DNA of 63,236 nucleotides, filler included, from Sphacelaria rigidula (taxonomy: Eukaryota): assembly GCA_964200075.2 (NCBI GenBank). It is 8 parts of 8 records of this genome, joined end to end, with 100 filler letters (N's around TTAATTAATTAA, not from the genome) between each part and the next. Parts side by side here need not be neighbours in the genome. Positions count along the whole stretch, not along the records: positions 7,920 to 15,738 come from CAXNAA020013360.1; positions 15,839 to 23,656 come from CAXNAA020013361.1; positions 23,757 to 31,573 come from CAXNAA020013362.1; 5 more parts are not named here. One strand, written 5' to 3'. This document shows positions 13,977 to 27,070 of this stretch, one piece after another. The notes beneath the pieces were generated by a model. That model had not been told where the DNA came from, ran no database searches, and saw only the letters and a program-made list of their open reading frames with translations. The position numbers and the translations under genes are program-made. Position 1 is the stretch's first letter; each line of letters starts with the position of its first letter.

Positions 13977-15152
13977 TAGTAAGTAAAGAAGAGTTGGATC
14001 CCAACGTCCGACTCTGATCGAAGGGGGCGCACAGGTGAGGGTGCAAGGATCCCATATTCGACAATTTTGTAAATTACCGATCTGAAACGAACACAACGTG
14101 TGTGCATGAGGGCGCGACGTTTCCGACTATTGTACAGTTAGACGGGTCAACTTGCGATTCCGCCGCACAGACAGACAATGTGCACTACTTGCATCATGGC
14201 GTGCACACAAGTCAATCCGCGATGCGAGATAATACAACCTCTCTGATACTGCTGTAATCTGGCCTTGACGTATGCGCCTGACTGATCCTGCGCCTGACGG
14301 ACCCAGCAGATCTCATAGTCGTGGAGATAATGCTTCGGTTAATGCGTGTGTCGGGACACTGCCGAACTCGTCAACACCTGCAGCGCCAGATAGAGGGTTA
14401 GGGTCAGTTCGGTCAATGCGTGTGTCGGGTGCGTGTGGTCAGGAGGTGTTGAGGTTATTTTGTGGGAGAGAAAAGGTGTCCGGTGCTCGGCACGTGTTCG
14501 TCACTGGCGTGATGCTGTGCACACAGAGGAGGCTGCGTGTGTGCGTATTTCACGGATCGCCACCACATCCGTAGTAAGATATGCGTGGTGTGCCGCTATG
14601 CTCTTCGCCCGAGTAGAGATGACAATGTATCTGTACATCGACCGGCGGGTTACAAGGAGGTCTGCAACAAAAGGGTAGAGTCTGGTCGATATACACATCT
14701 GCTGTACCTCCTGCTGCTGTGTTAGTCTCCTGTATCCCGCAGCTGCATGACTACACGTTCGCTCTCCCCTCGCCACAATCGGGTCTTGACCCCCGGGCCT
14801 CAACGGTGGGTCTATGTCGCTGTGGCGAGAGGGGTACGTCGAGTTCAGAACCACACAGAGTCGTGCATCATCAAAAATAAAAAAATAGAAAATCTCAACC
14901 CAAATTATTTTCAAGTAGCGCGATGGACCATACTTCTGTGAGTACTGTATATAACTAGGGGGTGATAACTGGTATGATGTTAGAAGCGCTGTCTGGTTGA
15001 TCTCACTACGCTGTTTGGCAGTACTTCTTCCACCCCCCTGAGCGGGTGATCGCTCGGAGCGGCGACACGGATTTTAATGAGCGTATGATAACGAGCCTAC
15101 GTCTGTCACGACGGGTTCGAGAGATCGGACTAATGTGCGGAATTAATAATAG

Positions 15153-15221
15153 TATGATGATGATGATGACGATGATGGTGGTGGTGGTGGTGGTGGTGGT
15201 GGTAGTGGTAGTGGTGGTGGT
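15153..15221. repeat. (ATG)n(GTG)n compound microsatellite
   Basis: Directly visible trinucleotide runs. Confidence 0.9.
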
Positions 15222-15738
15222 GCGAGCTAGGTGAAGTTCGATTTGCGGCAGTCAGTTCCGTAGGTTTGAAGAATGAAGCTGTAATTAATTCGTGAAGGAC
15301 TGGAAGTTCATGCAATGCATAAGATAAATCAACAATATGGAAGGAATTTATTATGGCGACGCACGCATTCCTTCCCCCGCCCCACCACAGCCGAACACAC
15401 CTTGCAATAAGGATGGAGGATAATGGATAAGATTGAGAACACACAGAAAGTGCGATACAGAGTGAAATAATGTAGCTGGTATTTTCATGGTGTCGTGATA
15501 CTTTATTATTATGCGATATACTGTAGTGTATAAACAAAAGGTGGGGTCGTAAAAATTGGGTCAGATTTGACCATAAACAACCACAAGAGCTAAGCCATGC
15601 TACAACAGGGGGGTGTACTCATGACCATGCATGTCATAGTCATTCGACTATCGACCTTGGGGGGGGGGGGGGGGAACTCAGGACAATGGTGGGAATAGAA
15701 GGAGGGGGGGGGGGGGTGGTTTTCGAGAAAAATGGGAC

Positions 15739-15838
15739 NNNNNNNNNNNNNNNNNNNNNNNNNNNNNNNNNNNNNNNNNNNNTTAATTAATTAANNNNNN
15801 NNNNNNNNNNNNNNNNNNNNNNNNNNNNNNNNNNNNNN
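15739..15838. other. Artificial contig spacer
   Basis: N44-TTAATTAATTAA-N44. Confidence 0.98.
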
Positions 15839-16199
15839 GACATCCCGGTGTGGGTAAGACCTTGTGTTATGCAAGCCGTCCTTGAACCTTACACGGCGAA
15901 AATGACCTCCCTGGAGGAAAGTAACCGGTACAGCAGCGGGGCAAGAAGATAGGAGATACGATCGTGGGACGCTTGGATGGTTCACTATGAAGATCGCCTG
16001 GCGCAAACGTGGGGTACTTGCGTCAAAAGTGTTGAACTTGGCTGCAGGCTACGAGCCCGTGTTGGAGGCATTATTTAGTGTCGATGAGCCAGCAAAAAAA
16101 CTGAAAGGCAACAGACCCCCAACAAGTACTAGGATTGGAATGCCCCAGAACTTTGACTACATCCCACCAATACACTCGAAACGATTAAGCTGGAGAATC

Positions 16200-18040
16200 T
16201 CTCGAAAAAGTTCGAAAGAGACGACGGTAGGAAAGGGCGGATGGAGAAGTAGAGAGTGGACGGGTAAAGTACTAGTAGTGCTGGTATTCGGAGTTCGTAG
16301 CGATACTGTATGGCAAGAATGAACCTTAAAAGGAAATGCAATGAAGTTGGACTATACTGTCTGGCAAGAAGAAAAGTAGGAAGATAGGGAGAAAACTTCC
16401 GAGTCACGCTAAAACAGGGCGCGAGCAAGGAGTGGGAAAGGATAGAGACAAGTAAGATGTTGGCATGGGTTGAAGGGTGGACAGTATGTGTAGTTAATGT
16501 ATCAGCAAACCTAAGACGTAGTCCACGGGTGAACAGGGAGAAAGAGAAGCAGGAACAGATAGGTGCCCGGAAGGGAAAGGGGAGGGGACATAGCGGCCCG
16601 AAGCAATTAGACAAGGACCAACGCAGGAACGGGGAGAACAACCGAGTAAGAGAGAGTGAAAGTGAAAGCGACGAAGAGAAAACAGTAAACAACACGAGGG
16701 TAGATAATTATTTAGAGGGGAAGTTGAGAATAGAATCGTGGAACGTGTGTGGATCCGTCACAGACAAGCGCACAAGAATAGAGATAGCTAAACAAGTAAA
16801 CACGACCTAGATATAGTAGGAATCCAAGAGTCATGGGAAAAATAGGGAGCGGAAATAGGATGCAAAGTTGACGAGTACGCATGGAGAGGGAAAAAGCGGA
16901 AGGGACAGAAGTCCAAAAGCAGGGGAACGGGGGGAGTAAGATTCTTAGTCAAGGAATACCTGTGTGACAGTGTAGAAGTGATCGACGACACGAAACTCGA
17001 CGAGAGCATATGGATAGGTGTAACAGGAAAGCGGGGAACGAAGGAATTCTTCATAGGGAACATCTACATGCCCCCAGAATCGAAGAGTAGGGTGAACGAT
17101 ATACAGCGAAGGTTTGGAGAGATAGCAGCAGATATACATACGTATAAAAGGCAAGGAGAAGTAATGTCAGTGGGAGATTTCAATGCAAGGGTAGGAAGAG
17201 CGGGTCAACTTGATGATATCATTCGGCGATACGGGGAAGATGCTCTGAAGAAGAACATGAGTGGGGTAGAAATGCGAAAGTTCCTCGAGCATAATGAGAT
17301 GAAGACGCTGAGCGATAGAGCACAAAAGCCAGAGGCGCAATGGACATGGACTAGAAAATGCAAAAATGAGATAGAACGCTCCGTTCTAGACTATACAGCG
17401 GTAGAGGATTTAAATAGTGAAGAAATTGAAGTACGTGGGTGCGCGGAGGACGTGGGGACCACAGATCATTGCCCAATATGGACGAAAAGCCAACAAAACG
17501 AGAGCTAAAAGAAATAGGTGAGGTGGGAAGTTGTACAAATGGAGAATCGATAAACTAAATATGGAAGAGAAACGGCAAGAGTTCCAAAAAAGAGACGGCC
17601 TGAAATGCAGTGAAATTTTCAGAGATTTTGGAGCGCGTAGGTACAGTTGATACCGAAATGGAAAGAAATCGGGCAGGAGCGAAGGTCATAAATGGACGGG
17701 AGCAGCTGGTCAAGAACATAGCGAGTAAAGGCATTGGGAGGAAACTGATCGTATGCAACAGAGCAGGGAACTGGTGGGATGAGGACGTGAAAAGGCTATA
17801 AGAGTAAGGAGAGCGGCCCACGCGAGATAGATACCGAGTGAAACTACAGCAGGATGGGAGGAGTATACTCACGCTCGAAAGGAAGTGAAACAAATGGTAC
17901 AGCAAAAAAAGAAGAGAGTATGGGAAGATGTAGTGAAAAAAACAAACAAAGATTTCGACGGTGTGATGAAACGAACGTGGGTGGGGATAAAATGTATATC
18001 GGGAAACGAGGCAGGAAATATGGACAACGGGATAGCTACC
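16200..18040 (+). mobile_element. Degenerate non-LTR retrotransposon (LINE): APE endonuclease and linker, RT absent
   Basis: APE motifs in order: SWNVCG, DIVGIQES, GGVRFLVK, GNIYMPP, VGDFNARVG, SVLDY, TTDH; then a linker containing WWDEDVK. A-rich coding strand with stops and frameshifts. Similarity ends abruptly near 18040; 5' boundary approximate. Confidence 0.88.
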
Positions 18041-18785
18041 AAGTTGTTACGCCTAGTGCTGGAGGAAGCACTCTCCTGCTCAGCAAGACTGTCCATTTTG
18101 TTTCGGATGCTTTCTTGCGCTCGGAATACCTGGTCTGTTCCTTTCCACGAGTTTCGTTTTGGGGGGAACTTGTTCCTGTTATCGATGGCATTGAAGTAAA
18201 CTGCTCATTTCCCCACCCACACTTCTCGCTATAATTCTACATTCTCTCGTCTCCAACCCACTATTACGGCGCTATCGATGCACCATCGATCACCGCTGGT
18301 GAATTAACTGTTTTAACTGCGAACGCTCCGACTGAGCGCTATCGCAAGTGTCATACTTTCTTGGCGGACAAGATGTTCTTTTTGTCTGGCTGGTGGGTGC
18401 CGCGGTGGGTGGGTGTAGCACTTGGTGCCGTGCTGCACGGGTTCCAAGCCGGGCTTGATGAGTGACGGGGTGAAGTGTGCTGTCACTCTTCGAGTAAGGT
18501 GGATGATCCGGTGTTCATGTACCTTTCCGGATGTATTGCCCCCGCAGGGAAGGATAGGTATACACAACGAAGTGGTCACGTGCCCTGTCACCTACAGATC
18601 ATATTTTCCCACCCACCGTTCCTTCTAGTTTCGTCAAGCTTCATCGCTAGAACTCGGGAGAGATCGCCTCAGACCAAGTGCTCATTGTTTAATCATCGAA
18701 CGTAAACACCGCTACTACAGACCGGAATCATTTCTCATGGGTAACTCCGTCGGTCCGTCACCTCCCCCCCCCTCCCCCCTCCCCC

Positions 18786-19658
18786 GGTAACCATGATGGT
18801 AGTTGAGCTAGATCATGTTGTGCGGCGTGGGAGGACCTCAACTCCGCATAATGGGGATGATCGTACTACGTAGTGTTTAAATGGTGAGACACCCATGGCG
18901 CAGTGTGTAAGCCATGGCTATCTCTGGAAGGGACGATACCAGAAAATAAAGCAACTCATTGTAGGTTGTCATTCAAATGCAAGATAATCAGTAGGCTTCG
19001 GGCCGAACAATCTTAGCAGGATGCAGCTCACCCTTCATGCGACTCACCGAACACACCACGGCGCTTCGTGCTTGGCGATTGAGCCTGGTCCGGCGAAAAT
19101 CCGGCATGCTCCGTCCCGGCTTTGTAGGGATGAGAGGTCAATGGTCTCATGACTTTGGCATGCAGGATCATGAGTACCCCCCCCTCCCCCCCTCCCCCAA
19201 GCCCCTACGGGGTTTTCGTCGGTTGGCAATGACACTGTGAAACACGCCACTCACTGCGTAAGTAAGGCAGCCAGGTCACCGATTTGTTTTGCGCGCTTGC
19301 GTTGTTTATGCGGTAACCCTCATGGTGGTCGAGGTAGATCATATTGTGCCGGGTGGGAGAACCTCGATTTCGCGTAAAGGGGATGATCATCCTACGCCGT
19401 GTATCGATGGTGAGACACCCACGAGGTAGTGTGTAGACCACAGCTGTCTCTGAAATTGACGATACCAGAAAATGAAGCAACTTATTGGTGGCTGTCATCC
19501 AAATGCAAGGTAATCAGTACGCTTCGGGCTCAACAATCTTAGTAGTAGGTTGAAGCTCACATCACGGTGCTTCGCGCTGGGTAATTGATTGCGAGCCTGG
19601 TCCGACGAAAATCCGGCGTGCTCCGTCCCGGCTTCATAGGGATGCAAGGTCGATGGTC
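18786..19658. repeat. Two diverged direct copies of a ~350-360 bp repeat
   Basis: 18786-19148 and 19312-19658 align end to end (ggtaacc...ggtgagacaccca...gacgataccagaaaat...ctccgtcccggctt). The 3' end also matches near 7762 and, inverted, the end of the window. Confidence 0.8.
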
Positions 19659-19927
19659 AAAATAAGTACGGCATGCAAGGTCAGTACATTCATCCTGCCC
19701 ACTCTCATAGATTGCGTGTGGTCATTTTGTAATGTAGCCTGGTCAGCCGAAAACCGAGTATACCGCTCAGCCCCTGAATTTTCGGGACGCGAGGTCAACG
19801 ATCTGATGACGACGGCATGATTTTCATGAGTGGCGCCCCATGCCCGTTGAAATGGTAACGTGCCAGCCTGTCCAGTCCTCATTGATATCCGTTCCCATCG
19901 CCGCCGCCGTCGTCGTGATCATACCAG

Positions 19928-21025
19928 GCTCACGGGATCCACCACCTTCACCGGCAATTCAGCCTTCGAGAACGGTGCGGCTATCTACAACAACATACGC
20001 GAAGAAGATCCCGTTGTGACTACCACGACATATCCGTCTGACACCGTGTTCGAGGGCAACAATGCCGACGTGAGACGCTTTCCATTTGATATATTGAATG
20101 TACAGTACTCCTTGCGTCGCAAGTTATCACTACCGATGGCCATAGTTGACATGACTAACCGCGATTTGCGCAAAACTCACACGGTAATCATGCCCCCCTC
20201 ATGGACAGAACTTTGCCGTACTTTTGGCCTTTTTACTACAATGACGTATTTCTCAGATCCATGATATCGCGTTTTACTCCAACACCCCTGCCCCATCCCT
20301 GCAACACACACATGTAGTAATGCTCGAAGCACAATGGGAGCACGCAGTAACATACTTCGAGAGCATGTTGAAAGTTCTGCACGATGTGAAATGTCGAAAT
20401 CAATGAAATACTCGCCGTGCAGTAACGGTATTTTTCGTAACCTGCACGGACTCTGCACCGAGGGCGCGACGGCCGCTTCCAGCAGCATAGTAGCGTAGTA
20501 GCTATACTGCTAGTGCTTTCACCCAGCGCCTTCAACGCGGTCGGATTTGTGCAAATATATCCCAGCAAGTGCACGATGGCCTGCCCCGAAAGTTGTCGGC
20601 ACGTGCTATTCCCTCGTGGGGTCGGAGAACGTCTCTTCTGTCGGTGATCGAAGCAGTGCATTTCGTTGTGTTCAACTTACCCTTTCTGCAACTCACTCTG
20701 TGGTGGTGGGTGCCGCTGTGCAGCGCACTGCGCACGAGGCTCAGTACTGCGTATACTTTGTTCTCTTTCCTCTTGGCAGTGCGCAGCACTAAGCTGTAGA
20801 ATACGGAAGGCGGGAACAGCAAATTGCCAATTCTTCTTGCCAGTGGTAATGCGAAGGCACAATTGCCGTGTGTTCCTTTGCTCGTAAGTCCATCGCATAT
20901 CACGACTTAAATCTCGTCAATGCCTGCATCTCGTCGCGCTTCCCGCTGCTACTGCCGACCCGTCCGATCAGGTTTGCCCCAACGTGTTTCCCGACGACTG
21001 CGGACCGTTGCCGGAGGACGGTTAG
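19928..21025 (+). CDS. 3' end of a polymorphic-outer-membrane-protein-like / adhesin-like beta-helix protein
   Basis: Exon 19928-20069 (LTGSTTFTGNSAFENGAAIYNN...TVFEGNNAD; FxxN plus GAAI motifs typical of POMP repeats) splices in phase 0 to terminal exon 20972-21025 (VCPNVFPDDCGPLPEDG*). Confidence 0.65.
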
Positions 21026-23656
21026 AGAGTATCGCTAATGACTACGGGCGGGGGAAATAGACGGCCCATCCCCTCGCTGCCGGGCCAATCATCGTTCGGC
21101 AATCAGAAACGTCCCTGGCGGGGGTCGGGCGAAGATGGCTAGGACACTGAGTCCTCAGTGTTTGTACTTCCTGGCGCACACAACACGAAGATGATACCTT
21201 CTAGCAGGAAGGACTTTAGTATGAAACGGCAATGAAGCTTACCCGCGATGCTCGACCTGGCCGTTCGGTCGATGTCTTCGGCTTTATCGTACCAGCGTAC
21301 GCATCATATCTTCCTTGTACTGACACGATGGGTGGCGTTTGTTTTCATGTGTTGTGTCCGTGCTTGTTGCTGCCCCTTTTTCATTGTTGTAGTCCCTGCT
21401 ATTGCCTTTGTTACTCACTACTAGAGGACGCTTGTGGCGAAGGGGTACGCACCTTGCATGTTTTTCTTTTGCCCGCTCAGTTCCCAAGCTCGGTTATAGT
21501 GAGGAGTAAAAACATGTTCGTTTTGGCGGAATGCGGACGATAGTGTACGTTTAGGCTACATTATAATGGTGTTTTTTTCTCGGTTCTTCTGTGGAGATCC
21601 CCTTTTTGTTACTCGGTGAACTAGTCGGTGGTTCATTTAGCTTGTCATAACTCCATTGATTAATTTTGGATGTATGTTTGACTCTAGCGATAGTTCAGTC
21701 GCTTCACTCGCGGGTGTCTCAGTCGTCTGATGGCTACGTTTTTTTTTTTTCTGTCGCTTGTCCTTGTGTTCGATGTTAACAGTATTGTTCAAGTACAATA
21801 CTTCCGCCATATGTAACGACGAATATGTAGTCATTTATGTGTTTTTGGGGGGAAAGATAGACCCGACCACCAGCGCTCACGGTGCTGCGCGGAAGATGCA
21901 AACTTTGTACGAGGTAGTAGAGGTGTTATTTTTGTGGTTTTTGAATTTCTCGAACTAGTGATGGAAACGATAGTAATCCTGCAGCACTCAGTTGATTCAA
22001 TTTTAAGTTGAATGGCGCCTGCAAGGTCGAAGCTTGCATCGATTGAAAGCTCTCTTCAAGGGCTTTCTGCCGCGCGCACATGTATGTCTGTAACCGCTTG
22101 GCTGATTGTCTCCAAAACTCCCGATTCCATGTACAGTACTACGAGGAACATGTCGTATTCGCTCTTCTCTCGACATCGCCAATGAGGCCACACAGCAATG
22201 CGATCATCGGCACGAAGCGTGTGACCTCTTTCGAGCAATTATACCCTAGCTCGTCGTGGCGTGGATGGCCTCTTCACGGTATACACAATAAAGCATACGG
22301 AGGGAGAAGGAGAAAAGAATAGGGTATCCACGTGGCCATCATTCATTTTCTCTCTCCTTTCTCAAGCTTATTGAGACGTGATCATTCTTGCAGATGCAAC
22401 CGGTGTGACGTGCCCTACCCGCCTGCCAAATGCTGGAATATTTATTTGTGGCCTACCACGCACATATGTATTGGGCATATGGAACTGCGGCTCCCCCGTT
22501 CCCCCGTCAGGTATTAAAGAAGGACGACAGAGTTTTTCGGGAGTGCATGTAACGCCCAACGGGGAACACGGAGTTTCTCGTGTATGAAAATCCCCGTTTT
22601 CCCTCCTGCAAACAGTCTTATGCCCGTTGCTTTCTGGTAAAAACGGTAAACAGTCGATTTGTGTTCCGTACTGTACTGATTGGCGGATGCCAATGCCAGC
22701 AAAGTTTGGTGGTGCTATTGGACAGTATCTTCGAACGTTTGACCGGACCCTAAAACACGGGATCTTACCATTTGGGGATGGATCTTTTTTTGGGGATGAG
22801 AAACCTGGAGAATTAAAATCTCCGTATCCACACCAAATCTCCGAAATATGTTTCCATTTTTTCACCTACTGATAGCTTTTGACAACTACTACACGTCATT
22901 CAAATTCGAAAAACCAGTTTTTGGGAATTCTGGGTGTCCGAACGGACGCCAAAATGGTTTCGGGATTGGTAGTCACCTAGGACCCCAACGTTTCGATGAT
23001 CGAAATCCAAATTTCTATGGCGTGTAGCAGTTGTTCACAGCTATCGGTAGGTTAAAAAATGGAACCATATTTCGAAGATTTGGCGCGGATACGAAGATTT
23101 TAATTCTCCGGGTTTCTCATCCCCAATAAAAGATCCATCTCCAATTTGTAAGATCCCTTGTTCTAAGCGAACACTTTCCCTCGGGTAACAAGAGCCATTT
23201 CAATGATCTGAACGTAGTTCTCTTAGGGGCACCAGAGAGGTACCCGTGTGGAAAATAAACAAATGGCGGTGGTGGTGGTGGTGATCCCTTGTCATTCCAC
23301 GGGCAAAACCCTTTCACGTTTTCAAATCAAGTGTCCTTCACGCTAGAAACCACCTCATTTCGCATCTATAGGTAGTGTAAGGATCCGCACGAAGTTTCAG
23401 GTCATTTCGTCCTCCCTGGGTTGAGTTTGACCCATGGCTGCTAATGCGGCTGTGCCCGGCGCTGCACGGACGGTGGGCCGGAAAGATGTAACACACGCGC
23501 ACAAAAACTTTACTTCGGAATAGTATATCTCTGTCAATACGGAAGCAAAATAAACGTATGGCATATCAAATTAAAGATCTCCTTCATCACAAAACAGCTG
23601 ATTTTCGAAAATGGGGTTGAAAAAAATAATGAGGTTCAACTCAAAAGCCGTGCTTT

Positions 23657-23756
23657 NNNNNNNNNNNNNNNNNNNNNNNNNNNNNNNNNNNNNNNNNNNN
23701 TTAATTAATTAANNNNNNNNNNNNNNNNNNNNNNNNNNNNNNNNNNNNNNNNNNNN
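23657..23756. other. Artificial contig spacer
   Basis: N44-TTAATTAATTAA-N44. Confidence 0.98.
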
Positions 23757-24027
23757 CCGGGGAGAGATGGGTTGATCCCTTGAGACCACGGACTCGTCCC
23801 GAGGAAGGAGCGGGATTCAAAGTGTGAAAAAAAAAAAATGTACCGCAACATCCTCCTGCGTTGTCGTTCCCCAAACGCTTTTCTTTGTGTTCGTAGCAGC
23901 AGCTCGCTCAGCAGTGTTCGAGTCAGCGAAATGGTTGAATGCTGAATATCTTCACTAGTTTTTGTGTCTGTTCTATTATGCTGTATCTTCAATCTACATG
24001 TTAATGGTGTGGTGGAACTATACCTCA

Positions 24028-24217
24028 GGCCGTGTCTTATCAAATTGTTTCTGTGTCGAAAATGTGCGGGCGAATCGAATTCGCTCGTTTCTGATTCGTC
24101 CACGCTACTAATTTTCTCAGCTGGTTGAGAACATGAATGCCGTGGACGTATCAGGTACGAGCAAATTTGATTCCACCGTACGTTTTCGAGTCAGAGACAA
24201 TTTGATAAGACACGGCC
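24028..24217. mobile_element. MITE, PIF/Harbinger-like (190 bp)
   Basis: Perfect terminal inverted repeat GGCCGTGTCTTATCAAATTG, extending imperfectly to about 80 bp. TCA duplicated on both flanks (3-bp TSD). Confidence 0.8.
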
Positions 24218-26250
24218 TCATACAATCCTTGAATTTGTCAGCCAGCTGGAGTAGGACCAGGAGCGAGGCATGGGAATTTCCGTGTGGTGGGAGAAGCGTG
24301 GTGGTGACTTTTATTTGTCACACGGCTTCGAATTAGATATAGGCGTTTTCACGCATGGTAGTGTTGACCACGCAACCATGCACAGTAAACGAAGGAGGGC
24401 GCAGCAGAATCGGCAAGAACGGAGATGTGGCTGTTGTTTTCTGGTCCTTGTATGTTGCAATGGTAGTTACTAACTGTCCACAGGTGACCTACCCTCGCGG
24501 TCAAATAAGTGTTAACCAGCCTCGCTCCGCGAGTATTTTCGTTGGGCGCACGTTACTCTGTACTGTATTGCTGAACACTGTTACTGCTTTGTCCCTAATT
24601 CTGTATGCGTGACGACCAGTACTGTATCCGTTGCTTGAACCAACCATCGATGATGCGACAACCGCCCGTTGATGGTAGAAGAGTCTAGCTTGACCCTGAC
24701 ACCCCGAGATCGCAACAGTACAGCAGTGTTCCACAACCCACCAGATCACATAAGACCGACGCGCTGTGAGTTGTGCGTCCAGTTATTGTGTCGATGAGGA
24801 GAGACTCGGGAACCATTTCCGGCGAGAAAGGGGCGTGGTCGTTGTGGCGTCCGTGAACGGCAAATGAGCGGGAAAAAGCCGAATGTGTGGGCGCCATCGT
24901 TGAAGTTGGTGCGTGGATTCCCTTGCGCGCGATGTGCCGCATCAGGTCCTGTGTAGAGAGCGATGGCCTAGCAAAGGTACGTTCCCGGCCGATCGGTGGC
25001 CCAGATAGTGTACGATTGAAAAACAATGCCTAGATCAGGTATACCTTGGCGAAATTTGGCCTGCAAAAGGTGAGCGGTTTCTGGAGACGAGACGCCCGTT
25101 TTCGCGTGGCCATATCTCTCGAGTAACATATTCTTTTCCAGTTTTTTTCTAGGCCCGGGTGCCAATGCCTCCCCCGAATGATGTGCGTGAAAAGTTCCGA
25201 GTGAAAACGGTCAAAATGGCTTGTGTGGCTGTTTTCGCATTTCTGGCCATTTTTCGTACCTTTCTCAGACAAAAAACGACAAGGTATACCTTTTTTGGCC
25301 ATTACCCGAAATAAAATCCAAAGTTGCTTGCGTTGGTGAAATTATTTGGACAACAATTTGAAATTTCGCAAGGGGGTTTGAGTCCCGCCCTATCAGTGTT
25401 TAACCCCATTTTCCAGGATACCCTGTGACATGCAGACGATTGCGTTCGGCTCGTTCAGTCAAATGTCAGAAGCCGACACACGCGCCCACGCCAGGAGGTG
25501 GGGGTAGTGGTCGATCGGATAGTTGAGTCAATTGTAAAAAGTCGGCACACGCTGTAAAGAGGCGCATTATTACATGATCTTGGGCGACTTGATCACAACA
25601 AAATAACTGTAACGGATATCCACCGCGGGGCAGTAGTCCGTGTATCCTGCAGGTGGGTGTTATAGCTGTGATGCACATGATATATCCACCGCATGATCGG
25701 TAGTGCGTGTATACTGTAGGTGGGTGGAGACGTGCATTTTTCAAATAACACCCCACTCTACGATTCAGGTCGCTCGGTCAAGGTGAGAAGTTGACACACG
25801 CGCCGTTCCAACTCGTGAGGTTAATTGGTCCTGGCAGAGCGTTTGCGTTAGGGCTGTCGGCAGTCGTTACAGCACGAGGGCCAAACGCCAGGGATGAGAA
25901 CATCCGACAACACATCGAAAAAGTCAACAATGGGTCAGGCCTGTAGAGTGAACAGATCGAACAGACAGACGGACACAATAAATGATTATTAATCTATTTT
26001 CCGTCACAGAGACTCCAGTGCACCACTGGAGAATATAACGGCGCGTATTTCTCGCATGAGAGTGAGACAAGGACACGATAATGACATCAACAGCCATGAG
26101 TGCATGTCCTACGCAGCATACATGTCAAATGCATGTCCTTCACAACATACATGTCAAAATATCGTCGTCGACAATTCAAGTAGGTATGTACCCTGTGTAG
26201 CGAAAATCATGCTCCAGTATATCGTCTCGTCAGTAAGGGCTCCCAGGATA

Positions 26251-26871
26251 GAGTTATGCTACGGTAGGGGTGTACTTTTTGCGCAAAATCGTGTCTTGTT
26301 CAGGGGCTCCTATCGTTTCTAGATGCACAAGAATATGGGTCAGGTCATTCCCGTTTGCAAATTCATTCGGGATGTCCCTAGCATTGAAATAGTAATCCTG
26401 GCGTACTCTCATAAATTTCATAGCGTGGAAGGCACCTCTTTGCAGTGGCATATCAGAGACTGATGCCGCACATGTATGAAGAAACAGAGCATGCAAGTAC
26501 AAGGTAGGAACGGTCCGAGAGGACGAGATTACCGAGGACCCTGTAATGCCAATAATACTAGACACCTTGGGGGTGATGCCGCGAAGAGCCTAATATTAGG
26601 ACAGACCAACATCCCCCGAGGAACGGGTCGCCCCCTGGCGACCACTTCTCATCTGACCTGACTTCTTGCCTACATCTACAACAGGAAATCATCGCCAGCC
26701 TCGAAGTGCCTTCGGCATCAGGACGACATTTCCCAAGACAGCCTCCTCCTTAGTCTGTCTACCCTAGCGATACTATCTTCTTCACAATAGGCCGTGTTTT
26801 GGATGAGATAGGGGGCTCCCAACAATTCTAACTCCAGAAAATATCCGTGCACCCCTACTGTAGCATCACTC
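26251..26871. mobile_element. MITE (GAGTGATGCTACGGTAGGGGTGCAC family) interrupted by a ~370 bp insertion
   Basis: The left (26251-~26425) and right (~26790-26871) parts match the intact 260-bp copies at 50166-50425 and 54276-54535. Confidence 0.7.
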
Positions 26872-27070
26872 GTTAGCACAGCGAGCTTGGTCCATCTTGC
26901 CGATCGATCTTCTTTCAGCTCAGAGTGAGGCATGCATCAACATTTGCTCGGACTCTCACATCATACGGCCGACGTGTACGTGGGTGGTGAGTGGGTGTGG
27001 CGTCTATCTTTCGCCAACCTCGCCTTATATACCCTTCCACCATCCAACAGTTTTTTTCGGAAATCACTTC

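Noticed and set aside
15046..15537. Poly-Val and poly-His ORFs (also the HT/CV-repeat ORFs at 57113-57703)
   Set aside because: These are translations of microsatellites.
18405..18455. Pol III A/B-box-like motifs (tRNA or SINE head)
   Set aside because: Boxes are too closely spaced, there is no cloverleaf, and no second copy in the window.
22500..23656. Repeat-like tract possibly a DNA transposon end (similar-looking tracts at 2640-3360 and 25000-25420)
   Set aside because: No paired TIR, TSD or coding motif could be identified.
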